Source: Octopus vulgaris (lineage: Eukaryota). Taken from it: a DNA stretch of 64,000 nt. Under the pieces are notes generated by a model. It was not told where the DNA came from. It made no database searches and saw only the letters and a list, made by a program, of their open reading frames with translations. The stretch covers positions 75,702,001 to 75,766,000 of the forward strand of contig OX597826.1 of assembly GCA_951406725.2 (NCBI GenBank), in the 5' to 3' direction. The position numbers and the translations under genes are program-made. Positions 1-10,657 of the stretch are shown one piece after another; the stretch's first letter is position 1, and each line of letters begins with the position of its first letter.

Positions 1-212
1 GTGAAATTAGTGAAAGGATTTTGCATATCTGTGATTTCCCTGCAGAATTTCAAGAAATTCCTCTCATGGTTATATATAGCGTCTCCATCTCATAAATACT
101 TTGGTTTTTCAATACGTGGGCTTATTGATTTGCAAGACTATAGGTAGGTTATTGGATTGGTCCGTCTTAACGGTATCATAAATACACGCAGATCTAAACG
201 TTCTTTCCATGT
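1..212 (-). mobile_element. Degraded Penelope-like element RT fragment (N-terminal RT region), runs off window start
   Basis: Minus-strand translation with stop/frameshift: SACIYDTVKTDQSNNLPIVLQINKPTY / EKPKYL / EEFLEIL. Resembles the PLE motif PARxYGxxKxHKxxxPLRPIISxxxxPTYxLAKYL...EFL. Confidence 0.55.
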
Positions 213-562
213 GATGCTAGGAGGGCAATGCGCATGCGTCTTCTTTAAACGGTTGCAGTTTATTTTTGAAAATGAGATCGCGGAAGTGTCGAAATGTCAG
301 ACGTCGTGGATTTAGCAACGTTATTGTTTCGACCCAAACATGAAAAGCAAATAAGAATAATCGTTAATAAAGAGATCAAACGTGAAAATAGTTGCGCTTT
401 TAATAAAAGGTTTGAAGAAAAAGCTGTTCTCTACATAATTACCCCCTCCCCCCACGCACACACTCGCAGGCACACATGCACACACTCATATATTTATGCA
501 ACTATCACACACGCATACCCATTTTATACATATATGTGTGTATATGTGTGCGTGTGTGTGTG

Positions 563-1028
563 TACCGTTTCCTTCAGTCTACAGAATTCATATTTTTCCG
601 TCCAAATGATTCTGAAGACTACCGAATAAAGGATAATCAGATGGAACAATCTCCGGTAAATGTGGTGAGTAGGGCATCGTTTCCTATTCGAACTGCTCCA
701 GCCTTTGGAATGTCTTCTTTGCAGTATGCGGCCGAGCATCATCCTGATGGAAGAACACCTTTCGTCTTGAAACCAAAGATGGTAGTTTTTCTTCTAGCAT
801 TGATCTAAGTCGCTCAAACTGCTCACAGTAGATCTCCGTTATCGTTTAATTTCGGTTTAAAAGTTCAAAGTAAACTAAACCTTTCATATCCCACCAAACA
901 GATAACAACACCTTACGTAGGTGAAGACCTTCTTTAGCCTGGGGTGCCGTTGTTTCTCCTTTTCCTGCCCACTGTCTTCGGCGCTTGACATTTTTATAGA
1001 GAACCCATTTCACGTCACGAGTCACGAT
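563..1028 (-). mobile_element. Mariner (DD34D) transposase remnant, catalytic domain only
   Basis: Minus strand: [20 protein letters not shown]...[23 protein letters not shown]...VFFHQDDARPHTAKKTFQRLEQFE*ETMPYSPHLPEIVPSDYPLFGSLQNHLDGK. 34 residues between the 2nd and 3rd Asp; in-frame stops. Confidence 0.9.
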
Positions 1029-1056
1029 ATATATATGATATATATATATATATCTA

Positions 1057-1123
<67 letters not shown>

Positions 1124-1125
1124 AG

Positions 1126-1172
<47 letters not shown>

Positions 1173-1250
1173 TGTATATATATATATATGTGTATATATA
1201 TATATATGTATATATGTATATATATATGTATATATATATATATACACATT

Positions 1251-1340
<90 letters not shown>
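1028..1340. repeat. Compound (TA)n/(TG)n/(GA)n microsatellite, representative of dozens in the window
   Basis: Direct reading. It is the source of the [12 protein letters not shown] pseudo-ORFs. Confidence 0.97.
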
Positions 1341-1343
<3 letters not shown>

Positions 1344-1344
1344 A

Positions 1345-1775
1345 GATGAATATGGTACTTAAGTTGAGGCACCAGAATTTAGTACAGTATTATCCATACA
1401 ATTTCAAAAATAAGGTGATTAAAATCGAAATAAGCAACAAGGATATCTAGAGGTAATGCAGTTCGATCGTTTCAAGCAACTCCATTTAATTGAACAATGA
1501 AATCATTACATTAATTTAAATGCAGAACAATTCTCAGCTGCATAAAGACAATTTAATTAAATCAAAACAGATGGACACATTAGTATAATTATACCAAGAA
1601 GTTAAGGAGATAGACAAAGAACATGATGTTATTTTCACTTCAGTTTTAGAAGCCACTAAGGTATGCAGCTGAGGATTGCTCTGCATTTAAATTGATGTAA
1701 TGATTGCATTGTTCAATTAAATGGAGTTGATGGAAACGATCGTACTGCATTACCTCTGGATAATCTTATTGCTTA
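1345..1775. mobile_element. Fold-back element, family A (probable Penelope pseudo-LTR derivative), with inverted arms 1431-1544 / 1662-1775 that each contain a hammerhead motif
   Basis: The ~114-bp arms are imperfect reverse complements. The same family recurs at 10377-10530 and, more diverged, at 20170-20545. Confidence 0.75.
1663..1750 (+). ncRNA. Type I hammerhead ribozyme motif
   Basis: ATGCAG-CTGAGGA(1669-1675)-long stem II (CATTTAAATTGA...TCAATTAAATG)-GAAA(1733-1736)-CGATCG-TA-CTGCAT. Perfect 6-bp stem I and palindromic stem III; the base of stem II pairs poorly. Confidence 0.65.
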
Positions 1776-1796
1776 TGTATATATATATATATATAA

Positions 1797-2995
1797 TTTA
1801 CAGAAAAACAAAAGAAGAAGACAGGTGTATAACCAACAAGCGGGTGTATTAGTTTGATGCTCGAGAAGGTGAGAAAGTCTTTTACGTTTCGAGCCTACGC
1901 TCTTCAACAGAAAAGAACACGATGAAATAAACAGAGAGAAAATACAAAAAAAAAACTTAAGGATTTAGCGGTCAATCGTGGCGACTGGTTGGAAAAAGTT
2001 AGTTGGACAGGAGAGATAGGAAGAAGGGAAGATAATAAAGTACTGGTGAGCCCAAGAAACTGCCGACCAGGACGTCATGTAGGTTGTGGGTTCGTTTGAA
2101 GGAGGGAAGGGGTAGGTTGGGGAAGATGTGCGAAGTGGAGGGGTCGGACTGAAGTCGCCGGAAGGCTCGGAGAATGGTGCGTTGGAGGGGCAGGCTGGAC
2201 GGGTGGTAGGTGAAGGGAAACAGAAGACAGGCAACGGTGGGGCGCATGCGAGGAGAGAGAGAGAGCAGAGACACGGTCCATGGAACATGCTCTGGCAAGG
2301 GCGGTGTGGATAGTGGTGAGGGAAGCTTCACAAAGGATGAAGTTGCGAGCCACGAGTTGAGACAGTCTCAAAGACATGGTTGTCAATGCAGAGCCTGGGC
2401 AGACGTAGGGACTGAGAGTAGGGGAGGTAGAGATTGGTGTGGGTAGGGTGGGAGGAGGAGAAGTTGAAGTATGTGTCTGAGTCGGTGTGTTTTTAGTGGT
2501 GTAGTGAGAGCGGAGTTGTGTATGATGACCGAAATGTCGAGAAAGGCGACGAAAGTGTTGGAAATGGCGCAGGAGTATTTCGAGGGCAGGAGGGAAGGAT
2601 TGGACAAAAGAGAGGAAGAAGTCCAGTTGTTCGCAGGAGGGCGAGGTCACACCGATACAGTCATCAACATAACGACCGTATAGTTCGGGAGTGGGACCAG
2701 TGAATCTTGAAAATATTTGGACTTCGAAGTAGCCAACGAACAGGTTCGATTAGTCGGGGCCCATTCTCGTTCCCATGGCCAATCCCTAGAAATATTGGTA
2801 AAACTCCCCCACGAACGAGAAGCAATTGAGTCAGAGAATAAGTTCGGAAAGACGAAGACGTGTAGAAGTTTTAGGTTGGGGGTTGGGTCGAAGGTCTAGG
2901 AAGTGTTTCAGAGCAAGAAGTCCTTCGTTGTGTGGGATCACCGTATATAAACTCTTGATATCAAGAGTGAAGAGAAGATTAGAGGGGCGAGGAGA
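1797..2995 (-). mobile_element. Penelope-like retroelement, 5'-truncated RT plus 3' terminal region; no GIY-YIG domain recognised
   Basis: Minus strand: LLFTLDIKSLYTVIPHNEGLLALKHFL...LNCFSFVGEFYQ...GLAMGTRMGP...LFVGYFE...YGRYVDDCIG...VAFLDISV...TYHPSSLPLQRTILRAFRRLQSDPSTSHIFPNLPLPSFKRTHNLHDVLV. Several stops and frameshifts. Confidence 0.9.
1878..1916 (-). ncRNA. Minimal hammerhead-like motif with variant core CUGUUGA
   Basis: Minus strand TCTTTT-CTGTTGA-A-GAGC-GTAG-GCTC-GAAA-CG-TA-AAAGA. It lies in the 3' terminal region of the Penelope copy and is repeated at ~29155-29193. Confidence 0.55.
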
Positions 2996-3072
2996 GATAT
3001 ATTATGTACATGTATCTATGTATGCTTCTATGTATCTATGTATCTATATAAAGTATATCAGAATACCACAAT

Positions 3073-3440
3073 ATCTCTTATATAATGTCCGTTCTGTGTG
3101 TGTGGGGCGCTTTTAAGATTTCGGGCATCCTCCATCTGATTGCGCTCAAATTTGATATGCAGATACCGACGGTATCAGGGCGTGCATAAGTCTCGAAAAA
3201 ATTACAAAAATCGATACCAGGTGAGAATGCGATCGATAAAGCCGTGGGAAATCATTTTTCTTTGGAATAGAAAAAAAATCTATCTTTATTTCTACTTTTG
3301 CTGGTGTCTCAAATTTAGGTTAAATCAGTGTTTCTCAAAGGAGAGGCCTATGGAACGGTCGGACAAGTTGTCTTGAGAAAATTTGGTTTAAATGTTTGAC
3401 AATTCAGCACCGTCCATTGGACGGGTCACGTTTTGCTCGT
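3073..3440 (+). mobile_element. Possible non-autonomous Helitron-like element
   Basis: Starts A|TCTCTTTATATAA, with internal GTGTGTGTG and ATTGCGCTCAAATTTG. Ends GACGGGTCACGTTTTGCTCG|T, which resembles a CTRR-type 3' end. No TIR or TSD seen. Confidence 0.4.
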
Positions 3441-4042
3441 TTTATATAATAATATAATCTTAATCCAAACCCTTTTTAACAATACCAAACTCATGATTTT
3501 TTAAAAGAAAACTACAAACGTCAACACTTCGATTTTTATTGAACCTATGCATCGATCTAGTATTATCTAGGAACATTTGTCTGTGAATTCTAAAATAGCA
3601 CAAAACTAACCTTATATACAAAGAATTATAATCAGTCACAAGAAAACTCCAATACGAATTGTTACCTGACTACGACACATCTGTTTACTTATTTCTTTTC
3701 ACGCCTGACTGAGCACTAAACAATAATAACATTCCCCTATCGTACCAGAACAGTTGTTTCCACCATCCGTTTCACTTAACCCACGCCTTGCAAGCACATA
3801 CTTTTCTCTTAGACTTCTCCATTTCTTCCTTCCTACACAACCATTTCCACTGACAACCTACATTTAATTCCAATTCATATTACTCCACCCAAAATAAGCC
3901 ATAGACTAATGACGGCTGCTAAGCCGAAATTTCCTTGTAAAAATGAATATTTATGTGTGTATACATGTATGCATGTGCTTATATATGTATATGCATTCAG
4001 ACTCCCCTTATATATATACATATATGCATACATTTACATGTA

Positions 4043-4123
<81 letters not shown>

Positions 4124-4125
<2 letters not shown>

Positions 4126-4387
4126 AGGCGCAATGGCCTATAGGGCAGCGGACTCGCGGTCGCAGGATACGGTTTCGATTCCCAGATATGAGCGAAAACA
4201 TAAAATCCACGAAGCTCCGGCAGGGGGTGATCCCTGCTGTACTCTTTCACCACTCTTTCTCCCACTCTTTCTTCTGTCGGCCTGCTCGCTTAGCGGGGTG
4301 GCGTCATTAGGCTAAAACAATGCGAACGCATTGTGACCAGCGATGTGTAACAACATCTGATGGTCTGGTCGGTCACGTGATCACGTG

Positions 4388-4390
<3 letters not shown>
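4124..4390 (+). mobile_element. tRNA-derived SINE (OR-type head), tail variant 1
   Basis: Head GGAGGCGCAATGGCCTATAGGGCAGCGGACTCGCGG...GGTTTCGATTCCC (A/B boxes), flanked by (TA)n. Head and core are shared with 45738-46083. Confidence 0.8.
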
Positions 4391-4424
<34 letters not shown>

Positions 4425-4576
4425 CGTGTATAAATTAGACTAGAACCATCATGTAACAATTCAACAATGATATAATTAAATCATAATATATAGAAAAAAT
4501 TAAATACACGATAAAAAATATACCTGTAATTAAGTAAAGTACAAAATAAGAAATAAATAGTATATAATTAGTAAAA

Positions 4577-4659
4577 AGACTATACGTGTTTCGTGGCTAT
4601 ATATTCAAGCGGATGACAGTAAAATCAATTCAATTTAAATATAGTCACTCATCAGGTCC
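4577..4659 (-). ncRNA. Type I hammerhead ribozyme motif, slightly decayed
   Basis: Minus strand GGAC-CTGATGA-GTGACTATAT...ATATAGCCAC-GAAA-CACGTA-TA-GTCT. Confidence 0.6.
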
Positions 4660-4690
4660 AAGATAAATATGTTAATATATATATATATAT

Positions 4691-4741
<51 letters not shown>

Positions 4742-4777
4742 TGCTTCAAGAGGATTTCAACCCAGTTTACATATTTA

Positions 4778-5166
4778 TATGCATTGCGTTGCTATTATGT
4801 TAAAATGTCGTATGTCCACGTTTCTTTTCTTTTTTTTTTTTTTCAATATTTAATTTTGCTTGCAATAGCCGGTTCTTTTGGTCAAACTATCGTATCTCCA
4901 GCTGCTTCAGATGCTAAGATATGAAGATTGTCAAAGCGTAGTACAGCAGTTTAGCATTACTCAGAAGTATAGTAAGTCCCACACACGACAGTTATGTTAA
5001 AATATTTCTGACAGAAAATAGCATTTATGCAGGGACAAACGATTTTATTATTGTTAAGCTGAAACTGTTGATAATAATATAAAAAGAAATGGAGTAGTGA
5101 AACTATTTTTTCGTTTTCTGAAAAAGCAACGTTTTGGACTTACAACACGTTTGCACAATAGCAACG

Positions 5167-5172
<6 letters not shown>
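4778..5172. mobile_element. Possible MITE with decayed ~40-bp terminal inverted repeats
   Basis: Left CGTTGCTATTATGTTAAAATGTCGTATGTCCA versus reverse complement of the right end CGTTGCTATTGTGCAAACGTGTTGTAAGTCCA. Confidence 0.35.
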
Positions 5173-5197
<25 letters not shown>

Positions 5198-5405
5198 TGT
5201 ATGTATGTATGTATGTATGTATGTATGTATGGATATTACCAGTAAAGGTTTTAGTTGACAATTTTGTACAAGACATTGTAGATCTTTAGCTGGGCTAAAA
5301 AGTCACATTCGATCACAGCACCAGTAACAGTTAAGCTTCGTGCAATGGCCACTTTCGATAACGAGGGGCCAGCCATAATGTATATATATATATATATATA
5401 TATAT

Positions 5406-5457
<52 letters not shown>

Positions 5458-5458
5458 T

Positions 5459-5520
<62 letters not shown>

Positions 5521-5580
5521 TACATATATGTACCTAAGTTAACACCATCTTTAAACAAACATAATCCAAATATATATTAA

Positions 5581-6020
5581 AAGTCAGGATATAATATGTA
5601 CTAGTTTGCTTGAAAGAAAAATAAACCTCCAAAACCACATATCTCTCACCATATGTAAACATGTACGGGGAATGTCTCAAATACATTTAGAAAAACGGTT
5701 CTTCCAGTTTGTAAACCTACAAACAGGAGGTACATATCCTAGTATCAAATGCGCACGGAAAGGTAAATGTATTTTTAAAAAAACTATTTGCGCAGTAAGC
5801 CTTGCTGATGAGCTTTAAGTGTCAATTCGACACAGATTGTGAAATCAATTGATTCGGAGATATCTATCCTCCTCTTTGCAGATTTACAAACTGGAAGAAC
5901 CGTTTTTCTAAATGTATTTGCTACATTCTCCGTGCATGTTTACATATAGTGAAAGATACGTGGTTTTGGAGAGTTTTATTCTTCTTTCAAGCAAACGGGC
6001 ACATATTGCACCCTGACTTA
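5581..6020. mobile_element. Fold-back element with ~155-bp inverted arms (5581-5738 / 5859-6020) enclosing a hammerhead motif
   Basis: AAATACATTTAGAAAAACGGTTCTTCCAGTTTGTAAA on the left is the exact reverse complement of TTTACAAACTGGAAGAACCGTTTTTCTAAATGTATTT on the right. Similarity extends to AAGTCAGG/CCTGACTT. Confidence 0.8.
5800..5859 (+). ncRNA. Type I hammerhead ribozyme motif
   Basis: CCTTG-CTGATGA(5805-5811)-GC..GTGTC AATTC GACAC..GT-GAAA(5841-5844)-TCAATTGA (palindrome)-TT-CGGAG. Stem I is weak (G-U pairs). Confidence 0.6.
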
Positions 6021-6109
6021 CATGTATATATATATATATATACGCACACACAATGGTAGTCTCTCGTAGACTGAGAAAGACTGTTTTGCCATTTCTAGCT
6101 GAACGACCT

Positions 6110-6354
6110 CTGACACAAACGATTTGTTCAGAGTGATCAAATGTCTGTGCTGTTCAGTAGCTCAGTGCCGCCATCAAATCGACATTTCTTGAACAGGTGC
6201 ACGACGTGCTGCACATCAGGTGTCGAAGTCGTCGCACAGCAACGTGGGATGAAGTGTTTTGCGCAAGAGCACAACGCACCACCCAGGGCACAACTTGAAA
6301 CTACGGACTCGCGATGGTCAGTGCAACATCCGAACCGCTTGGCCATACACCCTC
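6110..6354 (-). mobile_element. tRNA-derived SINE, old copy; related copies at ~28425-28540 (+) and ~49880-49995 (-)
   Basis: Minus strand GGTGTATGGCCAAGCGGTTCGG...GTTTCAAGTT...GCGTTGTGCTCTTGCGCAAAACACTTCATCCCACGTTGCT. Confidence 0.6.
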
Positions 6355-6363
6355 ACAGATAAA

Positions 6364-7007
6364 CATATACATACATGCATATACACATACGTACATACAT
6401 ACATACATGCATGCATGCATACATACATACATACGTACATACATACATACATGCATACACACATACATACGTACATACATACATACATGCATGCATACAT
6501 GCATACATACATACATATATATGTACGTACGTACGTAAGAGCATAGGTACATACATACGTACATGTATGCATGCATGCATGCATACATACACACATACAT
6601 GCATGCATGCATGCATACATACATACATACATACCTACATACATACATGCATGCATGCATACATACATACATACATACACACATACATGCATGCATGCAT
6701 GCATACATACATACATACCTACATACATACATGCATGCATGCATACATACATACATACATACATACATACATACATGCATGCATGCATGCATGCATACAT
6801 ACACACATACATACATTCATACATACATACATACATACATACATGCATGCATGCATGCATACATACATACATACATTCATACATACATACATACATACAT
6901 ACATTCATACATACATACATACATACATGCATGCATGCATGCATACATGCATACATACATGCATGCATGCATGCATGCATACATACATACATACATACAT
7001 TCATACA

Positions 7008-7041
<34 letters not shown>

Positions 7042-7063
7042 CATACATACATACATACATACA

Positions 7064-7098
<35 letters not shown>
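6364..7098. repeat. (CATA)n/(CATG)n tetranucleotide array, ~735 bp
   Basis: Direct reading. Explains the HTYI/MYVC pseudo-ORFs. Confidence 0.97.
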
Positions 7099-7505
7099 TG
7101 TCCTGGTTATCACTTTAAACTGCCTCTGATAGTGGAGCCCTAATTCGGGATTCCTGGAATTCGAAGACTGAAACCCCCACTTTAGCCTATATTGTTCTTA
7201 TCTCAACTCTGCCTCGGTGTAATAGTCCTACCAATTTCTAAGCTATTGATTAATCAGCATGTAAATATGAACCTCAGGAAGTAAGGGGCTCTAAGCTGTT
7301 GTCATAGCAACCTTCTAGAAGAAGGACACTCTAATGCAAAACCTGTAGGTTCACATGATTTCAGGTCATCTCGCATCGATTTATCACTAGGTACGAACCA
7401 CGTAGCCTCAGAAACTGTTACTCATGTTGTACAAGCGTTTCTCATTATAATCCAATGATATACAGGTGTGTTTTTATCGAGGGCTTATTTGTCATTTATC
7501 ATTTC

Positions 7506-8290
7506 TATTTCTTTATTGCCCACAAGGGGCTAAACATAGAGGGGACAAACAAGGACAGACAAAGTGATTAAGCCGATTACATCGACCCCAGTGCGTAATT
7601 GGTACTTAAATTATTGACCCCGAAAGGATGAAAGGTAAAGTCGACCTCGGCGGAATTTGAACTCAGAACATAAAGACTGCCGAAATACCCATTTCTTTAC
7701 TGTCCACAAGGGGCTACACACAGAGGGGACAAACAAGGACAGACAAACGGATTAAGTCGATTACATCGACCCCAGTGCATAACTGGTACTTTTATTTATC
7801 GACCCCGAAAGAATGAAAGGCTAAGTCGACCGCGACAGAATTTGAACTCGGAACGTAGCGGGAGACGAAATACCTATTTCTTTATTACCCACAAGGGGCT
7901 AAACACAGAGGGGACAAACAAGGACAGACATAGGTATTAAGTCGATTACATCGACCCCAGTGCATAACTGGTGCTTAATTTATCGAGCCCGAAAGAATGA
8001 AAGGCTAAGTCGACCTCGGCAGAATTTGAACTCGGAACGTAGCGGCAGACGAAATACCTATTTCTTTATTACCCACAAGGAGCTAAACACAGAGGGGACA
8101 AACAAGGACAGACATAGGTATTAAGTCGATTACATCGACCCCAGTGCATAACTGGTACTTAATTTATCGACCCCGAAAGAATGAAAGGCTAAGTCGACCT
8201 CGGCAGAATTTGAACTCGGAACGTAGCGGCAGACGAAATACCTCTAAGCATTTCGCCCGGCGTGCTAACGTTTCTGCCAGCTCGCCGCCT
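7506..8290 (-). mobile_element. Head-to-tail tetramer of a tRNA-derived SINE: four ~184-bp units with a single 48-bp head
   Basis: Units start at 7506, 7690, 7875 and 8059. The head GGCGGCGAGCTGGCAGAAACGTTAGCACG occurs only at 8243-8290. Each unit has the B box GAGTTCAAATTC and the central domain GTCGACTTTGCCTTTCATCCTTTCGGGGTCGATAAATTAAGTACCAG. Confidence 0.9.
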
Positions 8291-8429
8291 TTGTCATTTA
8301 TCATTCCATCTACTAAACGTCCAGCACAATGAAACTGTGATGACGTTTACCGATCTAATCAGCTGGAAACGCACAGGTACGAGGCAGTGTAATTGAATAG
8401 TCGTCCGAGAGGTCATGGCCGGAAAATCA

Positions 8430-8664
8430 GAAATACCTATTTCTTTATTACCCACAAGGGGCTAAACATAGAGGGAACAAACACGGACAGACATAGGTAT
8501 TAAGTCGATTACATCGACCCCAGTGCGTAACTGGTACTTAATTTATCGACCCCGAAAGGATGAAAGGCAAAGTCGACCTCGGCGGAATTTGAACTCACAA
8601 CGTAACGGCAGATGAAATACCTCTATGCATTTCGCCCGACGTGCTAACGTTTCTGCCAGCTACC
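8430..8664 (-). mobile_element. Monomer of the same SINE, retaining the multimer junction GAAATACC|TATTTC
   Basis: Aligns by eye to the 7506-8290 units. Confidence 0.9.
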
Positions 8665-9204
8665 GTTGACGAAGATAAATCAGAAGCCGCCTACAATTTC
8701 CTATGAAGATGGAACAACCATAATAAATGTATGTATGAAGAGCAACGAGATTCACCTGAAGCATTGCGTTATAAGAAAGCAGAGGAATTCAGTAACAAAT
8801 TATTATAACCCAGAAATCGCTGTGTTTCCTTATGGTAATTTCTGGTTCGTTAAAAAATTCGTTACTGCTCTCCTTTGTCGAGGGGAAATGGGTCATTCAC
8901 CCGAAATATGCAAGCAGTGAATAAGCCATTAACTCTTTCCTCGCACGCACTATTTCTTGTCTATTGCCTTTGTCGCTCATTCGAGTTTGTGGACAACGTG
9001 TAAATAGTTGCGCCTATTTATGTGTGTTCAGGTGTATCTGCGAATTTTGTGCACCATACGAAGAAGATTATTTTCCCGCTCAACGAGCTTCCGATAGCTC
9101 TTATCAGACATTGGTATGCGTGTTGTGTATGCGTGTGTGTATGTGCGTAAATATGAACGTGCGTTTGTAAATCTGTATCTACTACCCTTTAAATACATAC
9201 ATAC

Positions 9205-9326
<122 letters not shown>

Positions 9327-9360
9327 TATATATAAATATAAATATATACATATATATATA

Positions 9361-9434
<74 letters not shown>

Positions 9435-9466
9435 TATATAACAGAAATAGATATATATATATATAT

Positions 9467-9518
<52 letters not shown>

Positions 9519-9750
9519 CATGTATGTATGTACGTATATGTGTATACATGTATATCATTTTGTACCCATAAGTAGTGAAAATATTCATCATTAATTAAAT
9601 ATGTTAATAGGAAAGCAACAAAAAGTTGATAACTGGGACGCTCGTTGCTGGTTGGTTTACAGAGGAATGTCAATACAATAATTAACTAAATTTAGATATC
9701 GAAACTAGGTTTTTGTTCGACGTAAGCCCAGACCTCACATAATGCGTATG

Positions 9751-9810
<60 letters not shown>

Positions 9811-10376
9811 TAAACCAGCATGTAAGACTATTTTTTTTTTCGGAAACTGCAGTCGGAATCAACTCATCCGATAGAATACCAGCAGTACAAGCAACACCGC
9901 TGCTCACCCATACCGTTCCACTCTCCTTTCCTTTTGCTGCTGTTCAGAGAATGCAGAGAGAACCACTGACTGGACCCGACCACTCTCTATTCAATGAGAA
10001 TGTCTGATGAGGCTGTTTGCTCGTTTATACTGGTTTACTTGGTCAGAGAGAAAGAACAAAAAATATATACATAAACCAATCAATATATAAATACATAAAT
10101 ATACAGGTTGGCCCAAAATTCGCTCTACCATTGAATGTGTAACACAAATGTTTTCAATGGTAAATTGGATTCTGGGCCACTCTGTACATACATGTATGCA
10201 TACATACACATACACACATACATACATACACACATACATACATACATACATACATACATACATACATACATACACAACATAAGTACCATATTCATCTGAA
10301 TATATATATATATATATATACAATTATATATATATACATACACACACATATATATAATTTGTATATAAATAGATAT

Positions 10377-10530
10377 AAATCAAAATAAGCCACAAGGATA
10401 TCCAGAGGTAATGCATTACCTGTGGATATCCTTGTTGCTTATTTTGATTTTAATCACCTTATTTTGAAATTGTATGGATAATACCGTACTAAATTCTGGT
10501 GCCTCAACTTAAGTACCATATTCCTCTGAA
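10377..10530 (+). mobile_element. Family A element fragment beginning with a loop-less 74-bp palindrome (10377-10450)
   Basis: AAATCAAAATAAGCCACAAGGATATCCAGAGGTAATG|CATTACCTGTGGATATCCTTGTTGCTTATTTTGATTT. The rest is the reverse complement of 1345-1430. Confidence 0.8.
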
Positions 10531-10531
10531 C

Positions 10532-10657
<126 letters not shown>

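Noticed and set aside
3901-3937. CTAATGA-C-GGCT GCTA AGCC-GAAA-TTTC hammerhead-like motif
   Set aside because: G5 is mutated and no convincing stem I or III; possible relic, not counted.
6259-7143. [16 protein letters not shown] repeat ORFs here and throughout the window
   Set aside because: Microsatellite translations open in several frames on both strands.
7506-8290. Regular array resembling a CRISPR or tRNA cluster
   Set aside because: Units repeat over their whole length with no unique spacers, carry a Pol III B box and match dispersed SINE copies at 8438 and 51972. No cloverleaf and no cas genes.
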